A stretch of DNA of 64,000 nt from the human T2T-CHM13v2.0 reference genome, Homo sapiens, in NCBI RefSeq assembly GCF_009914755.1, contig NC_060931.1; one strand, 5' to 3'. Numbering within the stretch: position 1 is the first letter of the stretch; the number at the start of each line of letters is the position of its first letter. This document shows positions 38,920 to 52,420 of the stretch, one piece after another. The position numbers and the translations under genes were made by a program. The notes beneath the pieces were generated by a model. It did not search any database, was not told the DNA's origin, and saw nothing but the letters and a program-made list of their open reading frames with translations.

Positions 38920-41740
38920 ACATGAACTCTATTCTCAGCTTGAATGACTCTAAGCATATTGTTCCTTCTTTGTGCCTTGTTTCTTTTGTTCAACTTCATG
39001 TCCATGAAATTCATTCATTTTCTTTTGTGTAGCAGTTACTTGCTTTTATTGTTATCTAATATTTTACTATATGAATAGACCACAGTTTCTATCCATGCTA
39101 TGGTTGAGGGACATTTGGATTGTTTCCATTTTGAGGTTTCTATGAATACTTCTTCAATAAACATTCTTATATGTGTATTTTGGTGATCACCTGCATGCAC
39201 ACATGGCATGGAATTGCTGGGTCATAGGGTATATGAGTATTCAGCTCTAGGAGATGTTGTCAACAGTTTTCTGGAATACTTGCACTAATCTCAGTACATG
39301 CTATATGAAAGTTTAAATTATTTTTCATCCTTGCCAACACTTAGTACTGTTAGTCTCTTTAATTGTAGCCATTCTGTTGGATGGGTCTTGCTATCTCATT
39401 GACTCTTCAGTGTACCTCTCAAAGAGTTTTTATACAGACACACACACACACCCCCAAGATAAACATACAGAGCATTGACAGCATTCAAGAACACTCTCTT
39501 ATATCTTCCTAGTCAGTATAGCCCTATCTCTTCCTAGTCAATATACCCCACCCAAGAAATAACAGCTATCCCAACTTCCATCAACATAAATTATTTTTGT
39601 CTGTTCTTGAATTGTATGTAAATGAAATGACAGTTTGTAGCCATTTGTGTCTCAATTCTTTTGCTTATTTTTATGTCTAGGATATTAATATGTGTTAAGA
39701 TATGAACATTGCAAGCAAGTTTTATTTTATATTGCTGTGTAATATTCCCTTGATTGATATATTACATTTTATTTTTCCCCTCTTTTGATCATGGACACTT
39801 GCATTGTTCCAAATTTTGGCTATTGGGAATAAAGCAGCTATAAATATTCCTATGTGTGCCTTTAGTGGGTATAAACACTCATTTATGTTTACTGTTTTTC
39901 TAGGAAAAGGATTGCTGGTCATGGAATAGATAATATAAGTTTAGCTTTACTAGATATTGCCAAGCAGTTTCTCAAATGAGTTTTTCCAACTTAAGTATTT
40001 TTTCTATAACAGCAATTAATTTATTGAGAAAAGAGGACCAGGAAGATTTCAGTTTATTTTTAACATTTCATTCTTAATTTTATTTTATTTAAATTTACAA
40101 AATTGTATATACTTGTTGTATACAACATAATATTTTGAAATAGAAATACATTATGGAATGCTAAAAGGAGCTAATTAATATATGCATTACCTCAGTTATC
40201 ATTTTTGTGGTAAGAATATTTAAAACCCATTCTCAGCATTTGTCAATACTAAAATTTGAAATTAGATCCTTATGTCATATTATATAAAAAAAAATCAGAT
40301 TAGTAAATGTAAGACCCAAAACTATAATATAAAACTACCAGAAGAAAACGTAAGGGAAAAGCTCTGTGGCACTGATATGGGGAATGATTTTTGTGGCTAT
40401 AACCCCCAAAGCACAGGCAACAAGTAAATGGGCAAATGGGATTACATTAAACTAAAATGCTTCTGAACAGCAAAGGAAATAATTAAAAAGTAAAGAGACA
40501 ACCTATGGAATGAGAGAAATATTTGCAAACCGTATGTCTGATAAAAACTTAATATCCAAAATATATAAGGAATTCAACTTAATAGGAAAAAAACCCGAAT
40601 AACTTGATTAAAAATTGGCAAAGTATTTGAATAGACATTTCTCAAAAGAAGACATACAAATAATCAACAGGTAGATTTATAAAAGGCTTTACCTTACTAA
40701 TCATCAGGGAAATGCAAATTAAAACCACCATGAGATATCACCTACACCTATTAGAATGACTATTAACAAAAAAGGCATAAGATAACAAGTGTTGGGGAGG
40801 ATGTGAAGAAAAGGTACACTGTTGGCGAGAATGGAAATTAGTACAGCCACTATAGAAAACAGCATGGAGATTCCTCAAAGAATTAAAAATAGAGCTACCA
40901 TATGATGCAGCAATCCCAGTCCTGGGTATATACATCCAAAGGCAATAAAATCAGTATGTTAAAGAGGTAACTGCACTCACATGTTTATTGCATTATTCAC
41001 AGTAACCAAGAAATTGAATCAACTTAAGTGTCTGTCAGTGGATGAATGGATAAAGAAAATGTGTTACACATACACAGTGGAATATTATTCAGCCATAATA
41101 AAGAAGGAAATTCTGTCATTTGTGACAACATGGATAAATCTGGAAGACATTATGTTAAGGGAAATAAGCTAGGCACAGGACAAATACCACGTGATGTCAC
41201 TAACATGTGGAATCTAAAAATGTTGATCTCATAAAAGTAGAGAGTAGAAAAGTGGTGACCAGAGGCTGGAGTGGTAGTGGTTGTGGGCAGTTGGTGAGAT
41301 GTTGGTCAAAGGATACAGAGTTTTAGATAGGAGGACTAACTTCAAGAGATCTATCATACAGCATGTTTTTCCAATTTAAACTCCCACCAGCAATGTGAGA
41401 TAATTCCAGATCCTGGTCATCATTTTGTAGTTTGGTCTTTTTAGTTTTAATCATTCTGAAGGGTGGGTTGAGATTTGTCATTGCTTTTTAAATTTGCATT
41501 TCTCTGATGAAAAAATATATTGAGCATCTTTTCTTATGCTTCATATTAAGAGTTTCAATATCCTCTTTTGTGAAGTGCCTTTGAAATTCTTCTTTTCTTT
41601 TTTAATGTTTTTCTTTGTTATTGGTTTGTAGGAGTTCTTTATATTCAAGATATAAGTTCTTTATATTCAAGGCATAAATTCTTTATTGTATCTCTATATT
41701 GTCTGCATGTTTTCCCAGTGCAGTTTGCTTTTTCATTTGT
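38920..41740 (-). mobile_element. Ancient L1ME fragments hosting a younger L1MA
   Basis: ggacatttggattgtttcca and ggaattgctgggtcata motifs. The host reads through across the TSD at 39980 / 41365. Confidence 0.7.
39995..41364. mobile_element. L1MA with a 5' inversion (3' end on minus at 40075-40250; inverted part on plus at 40252-41364) and an extra 3' segment
   Basis: TSD GTTTTTCCAA(C/T)TTAA at 39980-39994 and 41365-41379. The two oppositely oriented parts are near-adjacent in the L1 3' UTR. Confidence 0.85.
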
Positions 41741-41769
41741 GATCAAAAGAAAAACCACAGTATAAAAAA

Positions 41770-42016
41770 AAAAGATGCTCTGTTAGTTACCAGTATTTAA
41801 ATATTAGGAGGATTTATAGAAAAATCTGGATTTTTAATTTCTTTTAAAGTAGTAGGAGGATCCTGCAACATTTTGCTTGAGATCTCATATACCTTAGGCT
41901 GCATGGTAGCTACTCCCATGAGATGCCTACTATGGTCCCTGTTGCTTCCTACACCAACCTACTTCACAGGTTCATAATACCAGCCCAGTTCTGTTGGTGC
42001 CTAGTGTGAGAGCCTG
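41770..42016 (-). mobile_element. MER102-like hAT-Charlie fragment
   Basis: Reverse strand aatgttgcaggatcctcc...aaatccagattttt...taaatactggtaactaa. Confidence 0.55.
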
Positions 42017-42604
42017 ATCTAAGGTCTCCCTTTTTTAAATTTATGAGCTGTACCTACCAGAGTTTTTTGCCTGACAGGTTCAATAGTTTAAGGGACAACG
42101 AAGGTCCCTTTTGGATGATACATACTTAAGAATGCCAAATCTCTGACTACCAAGTAATAAAAACTTTAATGTAATTGAATGCATAGTTTTTACAATAATT
42201 CATTTTTTAAGTGGCAGGATATAAAGCATCATATCTGGGAGGAGAAGTTGAGACTTTAAATAGAGAAAGTGAGAATTTAATAATAGTGGAATTAGCTTAA
42301 ATAGAGTTTAAATAGTAGAATCAGTGGAATTTGATTAGATGTTTCATAGGATGCAGATGTAAAAAGGCAAAAATATCATAACCTAAATTTCAGAATTTGT
42401 CCTATATATGTGTGTTCATATATATACATATATGTATATATACACACATATATATCCCCATATTGCTTTGGGTGTTGGAACCATAGAAGTGGACATAATA
42501 GAGAAATTCTCTGCTTTCATGGACTTGTAATTCAAAAATAATAAGTCAATACATAAATGTACAAGCAAATATTAAAATATACAGTAGTTTAAGCTGCTAA
42601 ACAA

Positions 42605-44630
42605 GTTTTTATAGTAATCAAGACAGTATGATATTTGTGAAAGAATAGACAAATAGATCAATTGAATTGAATACAGCCCAGAAATAGCTCACACAAATGC
42701 AGTCAATTGATCTTGGACAAAAGAGGAAAGGCAGTTTAATGGAGAAAGTATAGTCTTTTCAACAAATGGTACTGGATCAACGTGAAAAAAATTGAAAAAG
42801 AATCTAGACACAGACTTTCCACATTTATAAAATTTAACTCAAAAAGGATAATAGACTTTGCCCTTTACTTTTAAGGGCAAAACCATAAGACCCTAGAAGA
42901 AAATACAGAGAAAAATCTAGTTGGCCTTGGGTCTGGTAATGACTTTTTAAATAGAGCACTGAAAACATGATTCAGGAAAGAGAAAATTGGTAAGTTGAAC
43001 TCAAATTAAAAATATCTGCTCTGCAAAAGACACAGTTGAAAGAATGAAAAGATCAACCATGGACGTGGAGAAAATAATTGCAAAACATATCTGATAAAGG
43101 ATTGGTATCTAAAATATAAGAACTCTTAAAAGTTAGCAACAGTGAAACAAACAACTTAATTAAAAATGGGCAAATGACATGAACAGATAATTCAGCAAAA
43201 AAGATATATAGATGGCAAATAAGCATATTGAGATGTTCAACATCATAAGTCATTAGGAAATTGTGAATTAAAACAACAGTGCAATGCTATTACATATCCA
43301 TTTAAATTGTCAAAATCCAAAACACTGACAACAATAAATGTTGATGAGCACATGGAACAAAAGGAACTCTCATCCACTATTGGTGGGATTGAAATATGGC
43401 ACAGTCACATTGGGAGACAATTTGGCAATATTTTACAAAACTAAACCTAAGATTCAGCAATTGTATTTCTTAGCATTTAGCCAAATAAGTTGAAAACTTA
43501 TGTCCACACAAAAACTAGCATATGAATGTTTTATAGCAGCTCTATTCATAATTGCCATAACTTCAAAGTGACCAAAATATTAATCAGTAGGTAAATAGAT
43601 AAACTGTGGTGCATTAGTTTCTTAGGGATGCTGTAACAAAGTATCACAAATTGGGTGCCTTAAACAACAGAAATTAATTGTAACACAATTCTGGAGGCTA
43701 GAAGTCTGAAATCAAGGTATTGGCAGGGTTGGTTCTTCTGAAGGATAATTTGTTCCTTGTCTCTTTCCTAACATCTGATGGTTTGCTAGCAATCTTCTGG
43801 CATTCTTTGGTTCATGGCATTGGCTCATGGCATAAGGACTACAATCTTCGCATGACATTCTCCTTGTGCCTCTGTCTCTGCATTCAAATCCTTCCCAAAC
43901 CTTTTTTTTTTTTTTTTTTTGGATAATGACAAGAGTCATTTTGGATTAGGGTCCACCCCAATGACATCACTTCAACTTGATCATCTGCAAAAACCATATT
44001 TCCAAATAAGGTAGCATTCACAGGTGATAAGGACTTTGCCATTTTAGGTGGGGGGTGCAGAATTCAACCCCTAACATAGTGGAATATTATTCATTAACAA
44101 AAATTAAGGAGATAGTCAAGCCACTAAAAAGATACGGAAGAAACTTAAATGTCTGTTGCTGAATCAAAGAGGCCAGTGTGACAGAGCTAACTATTGTATG
44201 ATTCCACCTACACAACATTCTTGAACAGGTAAAATTAAGGAAAGAGTAGAAAGATCAGTGGTTGCCAAGGATTCAGAGGGAGACAGGGAAGGATGAACAG
44301 ATGGAGCACAGGGAATATTAGTGCTGTGAAACTATTCTGTATGATACTGTAATGGTTAATACGTGTTGTTATACATTTGTCAAAACCTGTAGACAAAGAG
44401 TGAACTCTAATGTAAACCATGAACTTTTGTTCATAATATTATATCAACATTGGGTCTTCAATTGTAACAATGTACTACATAAATGCAAGATGTTAATAAT
44501 AGAAAAACCTGTCTGCTGGAGCAGTAAGGGGATATAGGATCTCTCTGTACTTTCTGTTCAATTTTTCTGCAAACCTAAAACTGCTCTAAAAAATAAAGTC
44601 TATTAATTTATTTAACAACAACAAAAAAAA
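42605..44630 (+). mobile_element. L1MC (L1MC1-like) 3' part, interrupted by an MLT1
   Basis: atagtcttttcaacaaatggtactgga...aacctaaaactgctctaaaaaataaagtctatt plus an A-rich tail. Confidence 0.85.
43610..44076 (-). mobile_element. MLT1B/C LTR
   Basis: tgcattagtttcttaggg...ttctggaggctagaagtctgaaatcaagg...aattcaacccctaaca. Confidence 0.88.
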
Positions 44631-44639
44631 GTTCCAGGT

Positions 44640-45200
44640 TCTAAGTAGCTCCATTAGCTTCACTGGTCAGAAGGAAGGGCCTCTCTGAAGAGACAACCTT
44701 TATATCTGACCTGAAGGACAAGAATATGTTTCCCTTGTGACATGCAGATAGGAGGATTTCTAGTAAAAAGAGAGCTGGAAAAGGGACTCTGCAGTGAAAA
44801 GCTGCATGTGCCTGAGGAACACTGTGAGGAGCACAGGGATTTCCCAGGGGAAGGCAGAAGAAGGAGGCAGACAGGGACTTGATAGAACAGGACTTTTAAA
44901 ACAGAGTATAGTTTGGATTTTATTCTGAGTGTGATATGAAATCATTGGATGGCTAAATAGCGATGTACTAGGATATAATATATTAAAATAAATATCACTA
45001 TGGCCTTTGGATATAAAGAATAAATTGTGTATGGGGGCAACACTGGAGGCAGGAAGACTGGTTAGGCAGATATTGCAATGGCCCAAGCAGAAGATAATAC
45101 TGGTTTGGACTAAGGTGGAGGCAGGGGATATAGAGGTGTGGGGTGTATTTAAGATATGTTGATAAAGGTAATAGAAGAGAGGACTTCTCACTGTGTCAAT
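44640..45200 (-). mobile_element. L2 fragment
   Basis: tttggattttattctgagtg...ctggaggcaggaagactggttaggcagatattgcaatggcccaag. Confidence 0.75.
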
Positions 45201-47293
45201 CATCTATGACACAGCTATGAATCTGGAAATATATGGAAATATCAACTTGGTTGCAGGCTGAAGTCCATGCCCTTTGCCATTCACATCCTCTTCCATGGAA
45301 TGAGGACTCATCAGATAAAATATTGTTTTAAATAAATGGACCTTGTGAAATTGCACATGATATTTGCTTTTCATAATGTTTGCTGTAATAGAATTTTACT
45401 CGTATCTAAAACTCATTTGGCATAGACATATTTCCAATTTTCTTTCACTTTTCACTGAAAATTTTTAATTACTGGAGTTGGAAAGAAAGTATCTCTTTTA
45501 GTAGAGAGAAAAGTTAATACAACTGAGCAACTTGATATCTTTAGCAACTATGTAAATAAATATACACATCTTTCTTTTATTTACATTTGGTGAGCCACAT
45601 CTAAAATATATGCTAGCAAAACTGGGGAGCTGTGAAATATGACGACACCACACTGATAGATATCAGTCACAATCTGGCAAGGAAAAGAAGGGAGTTGCTT
45701 TCATTTTCTGTTTGTTTTTAGAATTATTCTTAAAACTAGATAAATGTGACAATTGTGCCAATTTTTTGCCTCAATATTTTAAGATGAATGGCAAAAATTA
45801 GAAAGAAAAGGACAATCTAATGCTTAAAATATGGCAAATGAACAAATTCTGTATTATCCATTTCTAAAGGAAAAGTATTTCGAAATTTAAAAATTTTTAA
45901 GAAATTCAGCAAAATTACAGTAGTCTTTGAAACATTACTATAAAAAGTAGATTATTTTGTTTCCTCTGGGAAAAACTCAAATAGACACAGGATAATGGTC
46001 TAATGAACAAGAATGTCAGGATAGCTAACAAGTACTTTGAATAAGATATAAAACAGAATAGTGTGTTTGAATTTTATATTTTGATTACTCTTATCCATCC
46101 TTCCATTTTATAAAAATATGGCTGATTCGTAAAAATAATTAAGCAGTATTAGGAAGTATATTTGCTCAATGAAGAAGACATAGTACCCTTGGGCTGTTAT
46201 TTACAGAAATGACATCATTCATCTTTCTAATCCATTCTAAGTTGCTTATGCGTTGGTCCTCAATGCTGTTTGCTACCTACATTTATTTATCCAGAGTGAA
46301 ATAGTAACTATCAACTGAGCCACACTATCTTCTTCAAAAATTCCACTTTATTCATTTTTTGGTCAATATTTCACCTATTTTTGAAGTTTTACTATTTGCA
46401 AATACATTGTTTTCTTTGTATAAAATACATCTAATGTCTATACACTAGTAATATTACTTGTTCTCAGCTTCAGGAAACACTTTACAGCTGTAAGTTGAAC
46501 AAACACTACGTTGTTAAACATGCCATTGTTGTGGTGTTAAATACATCAATAGAAAGGAGAAGATGGATCTGTTGCATCTGCTGCCACTGCTCTATAAATT
46601 TATTTTTATTTCAAAAGTTCTTACCAACAATTTATTTAAAATAAACAATTCCTGAGATTTACATTGCACTATCCCAGTTTCAGTAATTTTTATTCTGAAG
46701 GTTTGCAAGGAATTGGCATTTTTCCCTTATATACTCAGAAGCTTTGCAAACACTTTAAAAGACTATATAAAACCTTTAAAATGAGAAGTACATCTATGTA
46801 TTTTTTAAATAAAATATTAAGGATATTAAGCCATTGTAATGATGTAAACAAAAAGTCAAGCTTTTATTGGGTAGTTACAAAAGTTATAATTAGATTCTTT
46901 TTTGTTCCTTTTTTGCTTAAGAATTTTATGAGTTGCCTGAATAGGAAAAATTAAATTAACAGTTTTTTTTTCCTTTTAACCTGTTTCTGCTTTTGTGTCA
47001 ATGTCAACCGGGATGCGAATGGGGCATTGTGGGAGACAGGAGAGGACAATACTGGGGAGAATTAGCGCATTGGCGGTAGCCTTTCAATTCCAGCGCTGAA
47101 GCAACAGACTGAGAGGAGGTGAACCTTTACCTTCTCCCAGGCACAGACAAGGCGAGGTGAGGCAGAGATGGATTGCAGAACCGCATTAAGCAACCGCGGG
47201 GTGGAGGAGAGTGCAGGGTGTCTCCAAACCCTGGGAGGGCTATCTTCTCCTTTCAGAGCACATTTCTGCCCAGGTCTTTTTATTCTCAGTGCA

Positions 47294-47312
47294 GCTCGCT
47301 CCCTGGTGGCTT
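47294..47312 (-). promoter_or_regulatory. CTCF-like motif upstream of the promoter
   Basis: Reverse strand reads GCCACCAGGGAGCGAGC versus the CTCF core CCACCAGGGGGCGC. Confidence 0.45.
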
Positions 47313-48240
47313 AAATTACGGTAAACGAAATAAGGTCCGTTAAAAACCACTTCTGAGAGGGGTGATTATTGGGGGTTTTGAAAGCACAGAGGTCTTATAG
47401 AGACCAAAAATATGTGCCTCGCTAAGATACAGAAAGGCTTGTAAGTGAATCTTCATAACTCTGGGTACGTGCATGTATATGCACATATACGTATGCATGT
47501 CTCGTTTCTATACCTTATATAAGTTTTCTGCCCAAAACTTTCCTCGTCCGTGCGTTCCCTACCACGGCGCATCTAATCTGTCTGCCCTATTTGTGGCTGC
47601 ACAGCTCATTCTTGCAACCGGCTGGGGAGCTGTTGCTTCTGCCAACGCCGCCGTCAGCCAGAGCGCTGAAGAAAAGCTGAAGGCCAGCAGGCAACGAAAG
47701 AGTAAAGAAAACGCCCTCCTCCTGCCCATCTCCTCCACCACAGCCTCCCCAGTCCTCCCAGGTGACTCCCAAACAGTAGAAAGTTGGCTCAGAGATAGGG
47801 CAGAAGAACCGGGGGGCTGGGCGGCTGAGGCCGGGAGGTGGGAGAGGCGGGTCCTGCAGCCCCGAGAGCCCCCCGCGGCTGCAGCGGCAGCTGTCACCTC
47901 CTGGCCTCGCCCCACAGCACACCTGAGCCTCCTGGGCAGCCCCGAGCCCACAGCTCCCAGCAGAGGCGCTAACTGCCCTCCTCAAGCACAGGTCGCCGCG
48001 TCCCCAACTCCCTGTCCTCACCCCGGCCCGCCCGTCTCCTCCTCCGCCCTCTCCCGACTGCAGCGGGGGCAGCGCTTTGGCGCTCCCAAGGACTCCCCGC
48101 CACTCTCCCCACAAAGCAGCGGCGGTGGCGGCGGCTGCTGCTGGATCTTCACACTGCAGCCAGCAGCCCAGGACGCCCCCGGCCGGACGATGGGTACCCG
48201 CGCCTGAGCATCCCCCGGGCAGGCGCCAGGCGCGAAGGCA

Positions 48241-48315
48241 GGGGGCGGGAGGAAAGGGGCGGGGGAATTCCTGATTCCCTGGTGGACCCTGGAAGTTGTC
48301 CTTAAATAAATATAT
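48241..48315 (+). promoter_or_regulatory. Core promoter: two GC boxes, a kappaB-like site and a TATA-like box
   Basis: GGGGCGGG twice (48242-48264), GGGGAATTCC (48262-48271), TAAATAAATATAT (48303-48315). Confidence 0.6.
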
Positions 48316-48334
48316 CGCTGGCCCGCGGTTGAGC

Positions 48335-48806
<472 letters not shown>

Positions 48807-49489
48807 TGAGTAGGTGGTGGACATCTAAAACGTATACCTTATCCATAGGTATGGAGATACATCGTGTCCGTTTATACAATTTATTGACAGACTGTGACAC
48901 AGAGAGGGGTGTGTATTTACATGTGTATTTTCAATTCAGTCAGTAGGATCTATAGTGCTACGGATGTAAATACTTACTGAATGCAGTCAACTGCAGGGCT
49001 CAGAAGGTAGCTCCTCTGTGCTATGTCAACTTACGAATCTGCTGATTTGAGCAGTGTAGAAAGTTTGAGTGGCACGTTATAATGTGCTTTTGTAAAGTCA
49101 TCAGTTGAGATTAGTTTAATAATGCTACTGTTACTTTGTGAGAAAAACTCAAAGATTTTCCCTCAAATCATTGGCAAAAGGAAAGTTATAGGTAGTGAAA
49201 ACTTGATTATATCTAATGCTCAACTATGCACATTCTTTAAGGGGAAGTAAGAGAATTCTTTATGGAAATCTGAGTTGGATAATTTATTGTATAATATACA
49301 AATATATTAACATGCAATTAACGTGATTGCTTTTTAACTTAGTAAACTATTCAATTTAGTTACTATTCAGTTTATTCACATTCTTTTTATAAAATAATTT
49401 CATCCAGATTATATGAGTTAAATACATTATTAATTCATTTCTTGGTACATGCTATTATGTTTTAAGGCTCCAAATATGTTTCAAGAAAA

Positions 49490-49580
49490 TGTGTGTGAAT
49501 GTGTATGTGTGTGTAATTTATATATATATATAATAAATATATATATAATAAATATATATATAATAAATATATATATATAT
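49490..49580. repeat. (TG)n plus a compound (TA)nATAAA repeat
   Basis: tgtgtgtgaatgtgtatgtgtgtg followed by three AATAAA(TA)n units. Confidence 0.9.
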
Positions 49581-49999
49581 TAGTTTTGGACTACTAGTGA
49601 CTAAGTATCCAAACTTAAAGACCAACTTTTGAGGTTTCATATAAAAAACAGTATTTAAGTCTGTATGATATCAAGAGGGAAAACTGAAATTGCCCAACTT
49701 TAATTTTTTTATGTTTGATATTTTCCATCATGGTTTAATGCTTCTTTAGCATGAATTATTCAAAACTGCAACATATTATAAAAGCCTTTGATTATTAATA
49801 AATGCTATATGTAATTTACATGAGAAATCTAAGATCAGAAAGTACAGGTGCCCAGAGATATCACTAGGATTCCTCATGACAAACTATTCCTTCACATGCT
49901 TTTATGTACTATAAAAAGTGGGTTGTTGCAACTGCTCCCCCCAACAACTGTATACAGTACTGAGTCAGAACTGTTAGATGGAAAATACTGTTTGTATAA

Positions 50000-50340
50000 G
50001 TACTTAACAATTAAACTCACAGGGTTAGCAGGCACTTGCAGAGTTCTAGTTTAATAAAGCCCACATTCAGTCCCTCTAAGTAGCAGGTCTGAATCTTTCC
50101 CATTTCTAAAGATTCTCAGAATTGGAGTTCCTGCAGTCTCAGCAAACCACTTTAATGTTTAACAACTCACAGTGCCAGGAGAATCTTTCTTACAGCCAAC
50201 TTAAATCCTTTAAATTCTTCTTTAAGTCTATTTCATCTAGAAAACATACAATGTTCTGCCTTTCTCACAGGTATTATTTTTCAACGCTTTGGTAATCTCC
50301 GTGCCTGTCTCCCTTGCCCTCCTTTTGGTTATGGAAAACT
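50000..50340 (-). mobile_element. L3/CR1 LINE relic
   Basis: tgtttaacaactcacagtgccaggagaatctttcttacagccaacttaaatcct resembles L3 antisense. Confidence 0.45.
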
Positions 50341-52393
50341 AAATTGGGTAGGGCATTGTACTGTTTGTGCCTTAAGACTTCTCAGTATAAAGGGAGAATT
50401 GCTTCATAATCTTACACGGTTTAGTTCTATTCAAGTTGGTTAGACTATGGTGTTCATCTTCCCAAATCTGTAGGGCTTGCAGAAGAATTTCTGTTACATG
50501 GTCAAAAAGTGTCCTTTCTCTCCCACTTTGGTCAGTCATCTCCCAAGAGCCTGACTGACACTATAGAGACTGGATGTGTGAATGTGGATGGGAGAAGACA
50601 GCCCATTGACCACATGGCTGTGCTGGTTGACCAGGGTTCACCAGGTACTCCCCACCCTCAGGGCACTATTTTTATTCACTGCTGGGCTGGTTTTTACTAA
50701 AGTACAAATTAATTTACTTTGTTATCTAGGATCTACACTTTGACTCACTGGAAGGTTCTCTCCAATATTTATTTACACATTTGGATGTACTTAAATTACA
50801 TATGCATCATTTAAAAATATCTAAATTAAATGATATATGTACTTTCTCAACACTATTTGATTTACTTGGTCTTCTTTTACATTTTATTATGGAATTTGCA
50901 TGGCTTTTTCAATATTTGAATAGTTTCTCATGTGAGCTGGGCACTGTATGAAAATTTGTGTTTATTCATTCTCTATCATTGGCAGGTGGTTGAGATGAGT
51001 CTTCCAACAAGTTGAGGTCCTCTTCCCATTACATAACACTTAGCCTTTCTCCCTAAGGTGAAGTGGATCACTACCTTCTGGACCTTAGACCCTTACACAC
51101 TTGAAAACTTTCCTAATCTAGATAAATGTGTGTTTGCCTTCCTTACTAATTAATTGCAAAATATGAAACTGTAAACTGTGGTTATAGATCTTTTTTTAAT
51201 TCAGCAATACACATTCCCCAGTTATTTTCAGGTTGACATAACTTTATTGATTTTTTTCCTTTAGTATAAATGTTAAACTCAGAGATCCATAAAATACATT
51301 CATCTATTTCCTTAAAAAAACATAGCTACTCTGACTTTTTTTTTTTTTCAAATTTAGTGCCAGGAATGACCTAAAATTGACCTTTACATCAATGACTTTA
51401 ATTATTTCCACTCACTGAAACTCAGTTTATTTAGTATAGAGATATTCTTAGTTGACTTAACTAACTTTCACTAAGATTTCCAATACTTCAACTTTGGTCT
51501 TTGCCCTTTTTATCCAAGTGTCTCTCCTATTACTTTTGCTCCACATTTTTCTGTTTTATTAGAACTGTTTGCATGTAGAACATGGTCTTAATATTCAATA
51601 AAACAATTATTGGTTAAGACTACTTTCTACCTCTGCTACAGAAAGGAGAAAGCTACAATCCCTTTTTGACATAATAAGGATTTCTTCTTTTGTAGTTCTG
51701 ATATTATGGATATCTGATATCTGGATATTATGGATAAAACATTTCACTTTCCTATAGACATAATTCTTCAATTATATAGGTAAAGTAGTTGTGTACATTT
51801 ATGTTCAAATCACATGTCTGTAAAATCCAAACATGCAATTTTAAGCTAAAAGTAAAAAAGAATGATTATATTTATTTCAAAGGATTTAATTTAGAAAACA
51901 TGTTGAATCATTATATGGAATTGTTGTAATAAATTCTTAATGAGTTATTTGAGAAATAAAGCATTTTACCCCCAAACAGTTTTTGCAGATCAGTAAACTG
52001 AAAATCCCAGAGTGAAATTCAGCTTCTATCTTCAAAGTGAAAACATGGTAATGTCTTTTATCTATTGCATCTTTCTTCTTTTTAGAGACTGTGTGTGAAA
52101 AAATAGCATACTGCTTTTTAAACCTAATTAAAATGGGAATAATTGAGTAGAGATAGTTTATACTACTTTAAATCCAGGGACATATTAAAGAAAGTAAAAA
52201 AAAAAAAGAAAAATGAGAGAGGATTTTATGGTGCTTAATGATAAAAGTCTCTATTTTTAGAAACTGTGCATTTTCTAAATTCTACCACAATTTATACCTA
52301 TCCCCGACTCTATCTAAACTCTAAAATAATATGACTACATGATGACTTTAAAAATCATTATGAGATACACATATATACATTATAGACAGAAAA

Positions 52394-52420
52394 ATAGATA
52401 GATAGATAGATAGATAGATA
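52394..52420. repeat. (ATAG)n tetranucleotide STR
   Basis: Six perfect ATAG units plus ATA. Confidence 0.95.

Noticed and set aside
44760-45203. 147-aa minus-strand ORF
   Set aside because: Decayed L2 ORF2 sequence.
47473-48207. 244-aa plus-strand ORF
   Set aside because: It starts in an RY repeat and runs through the stop-poor CpG island, with low-complexity Ala/Pro/Ser composition and no recognisable domain.
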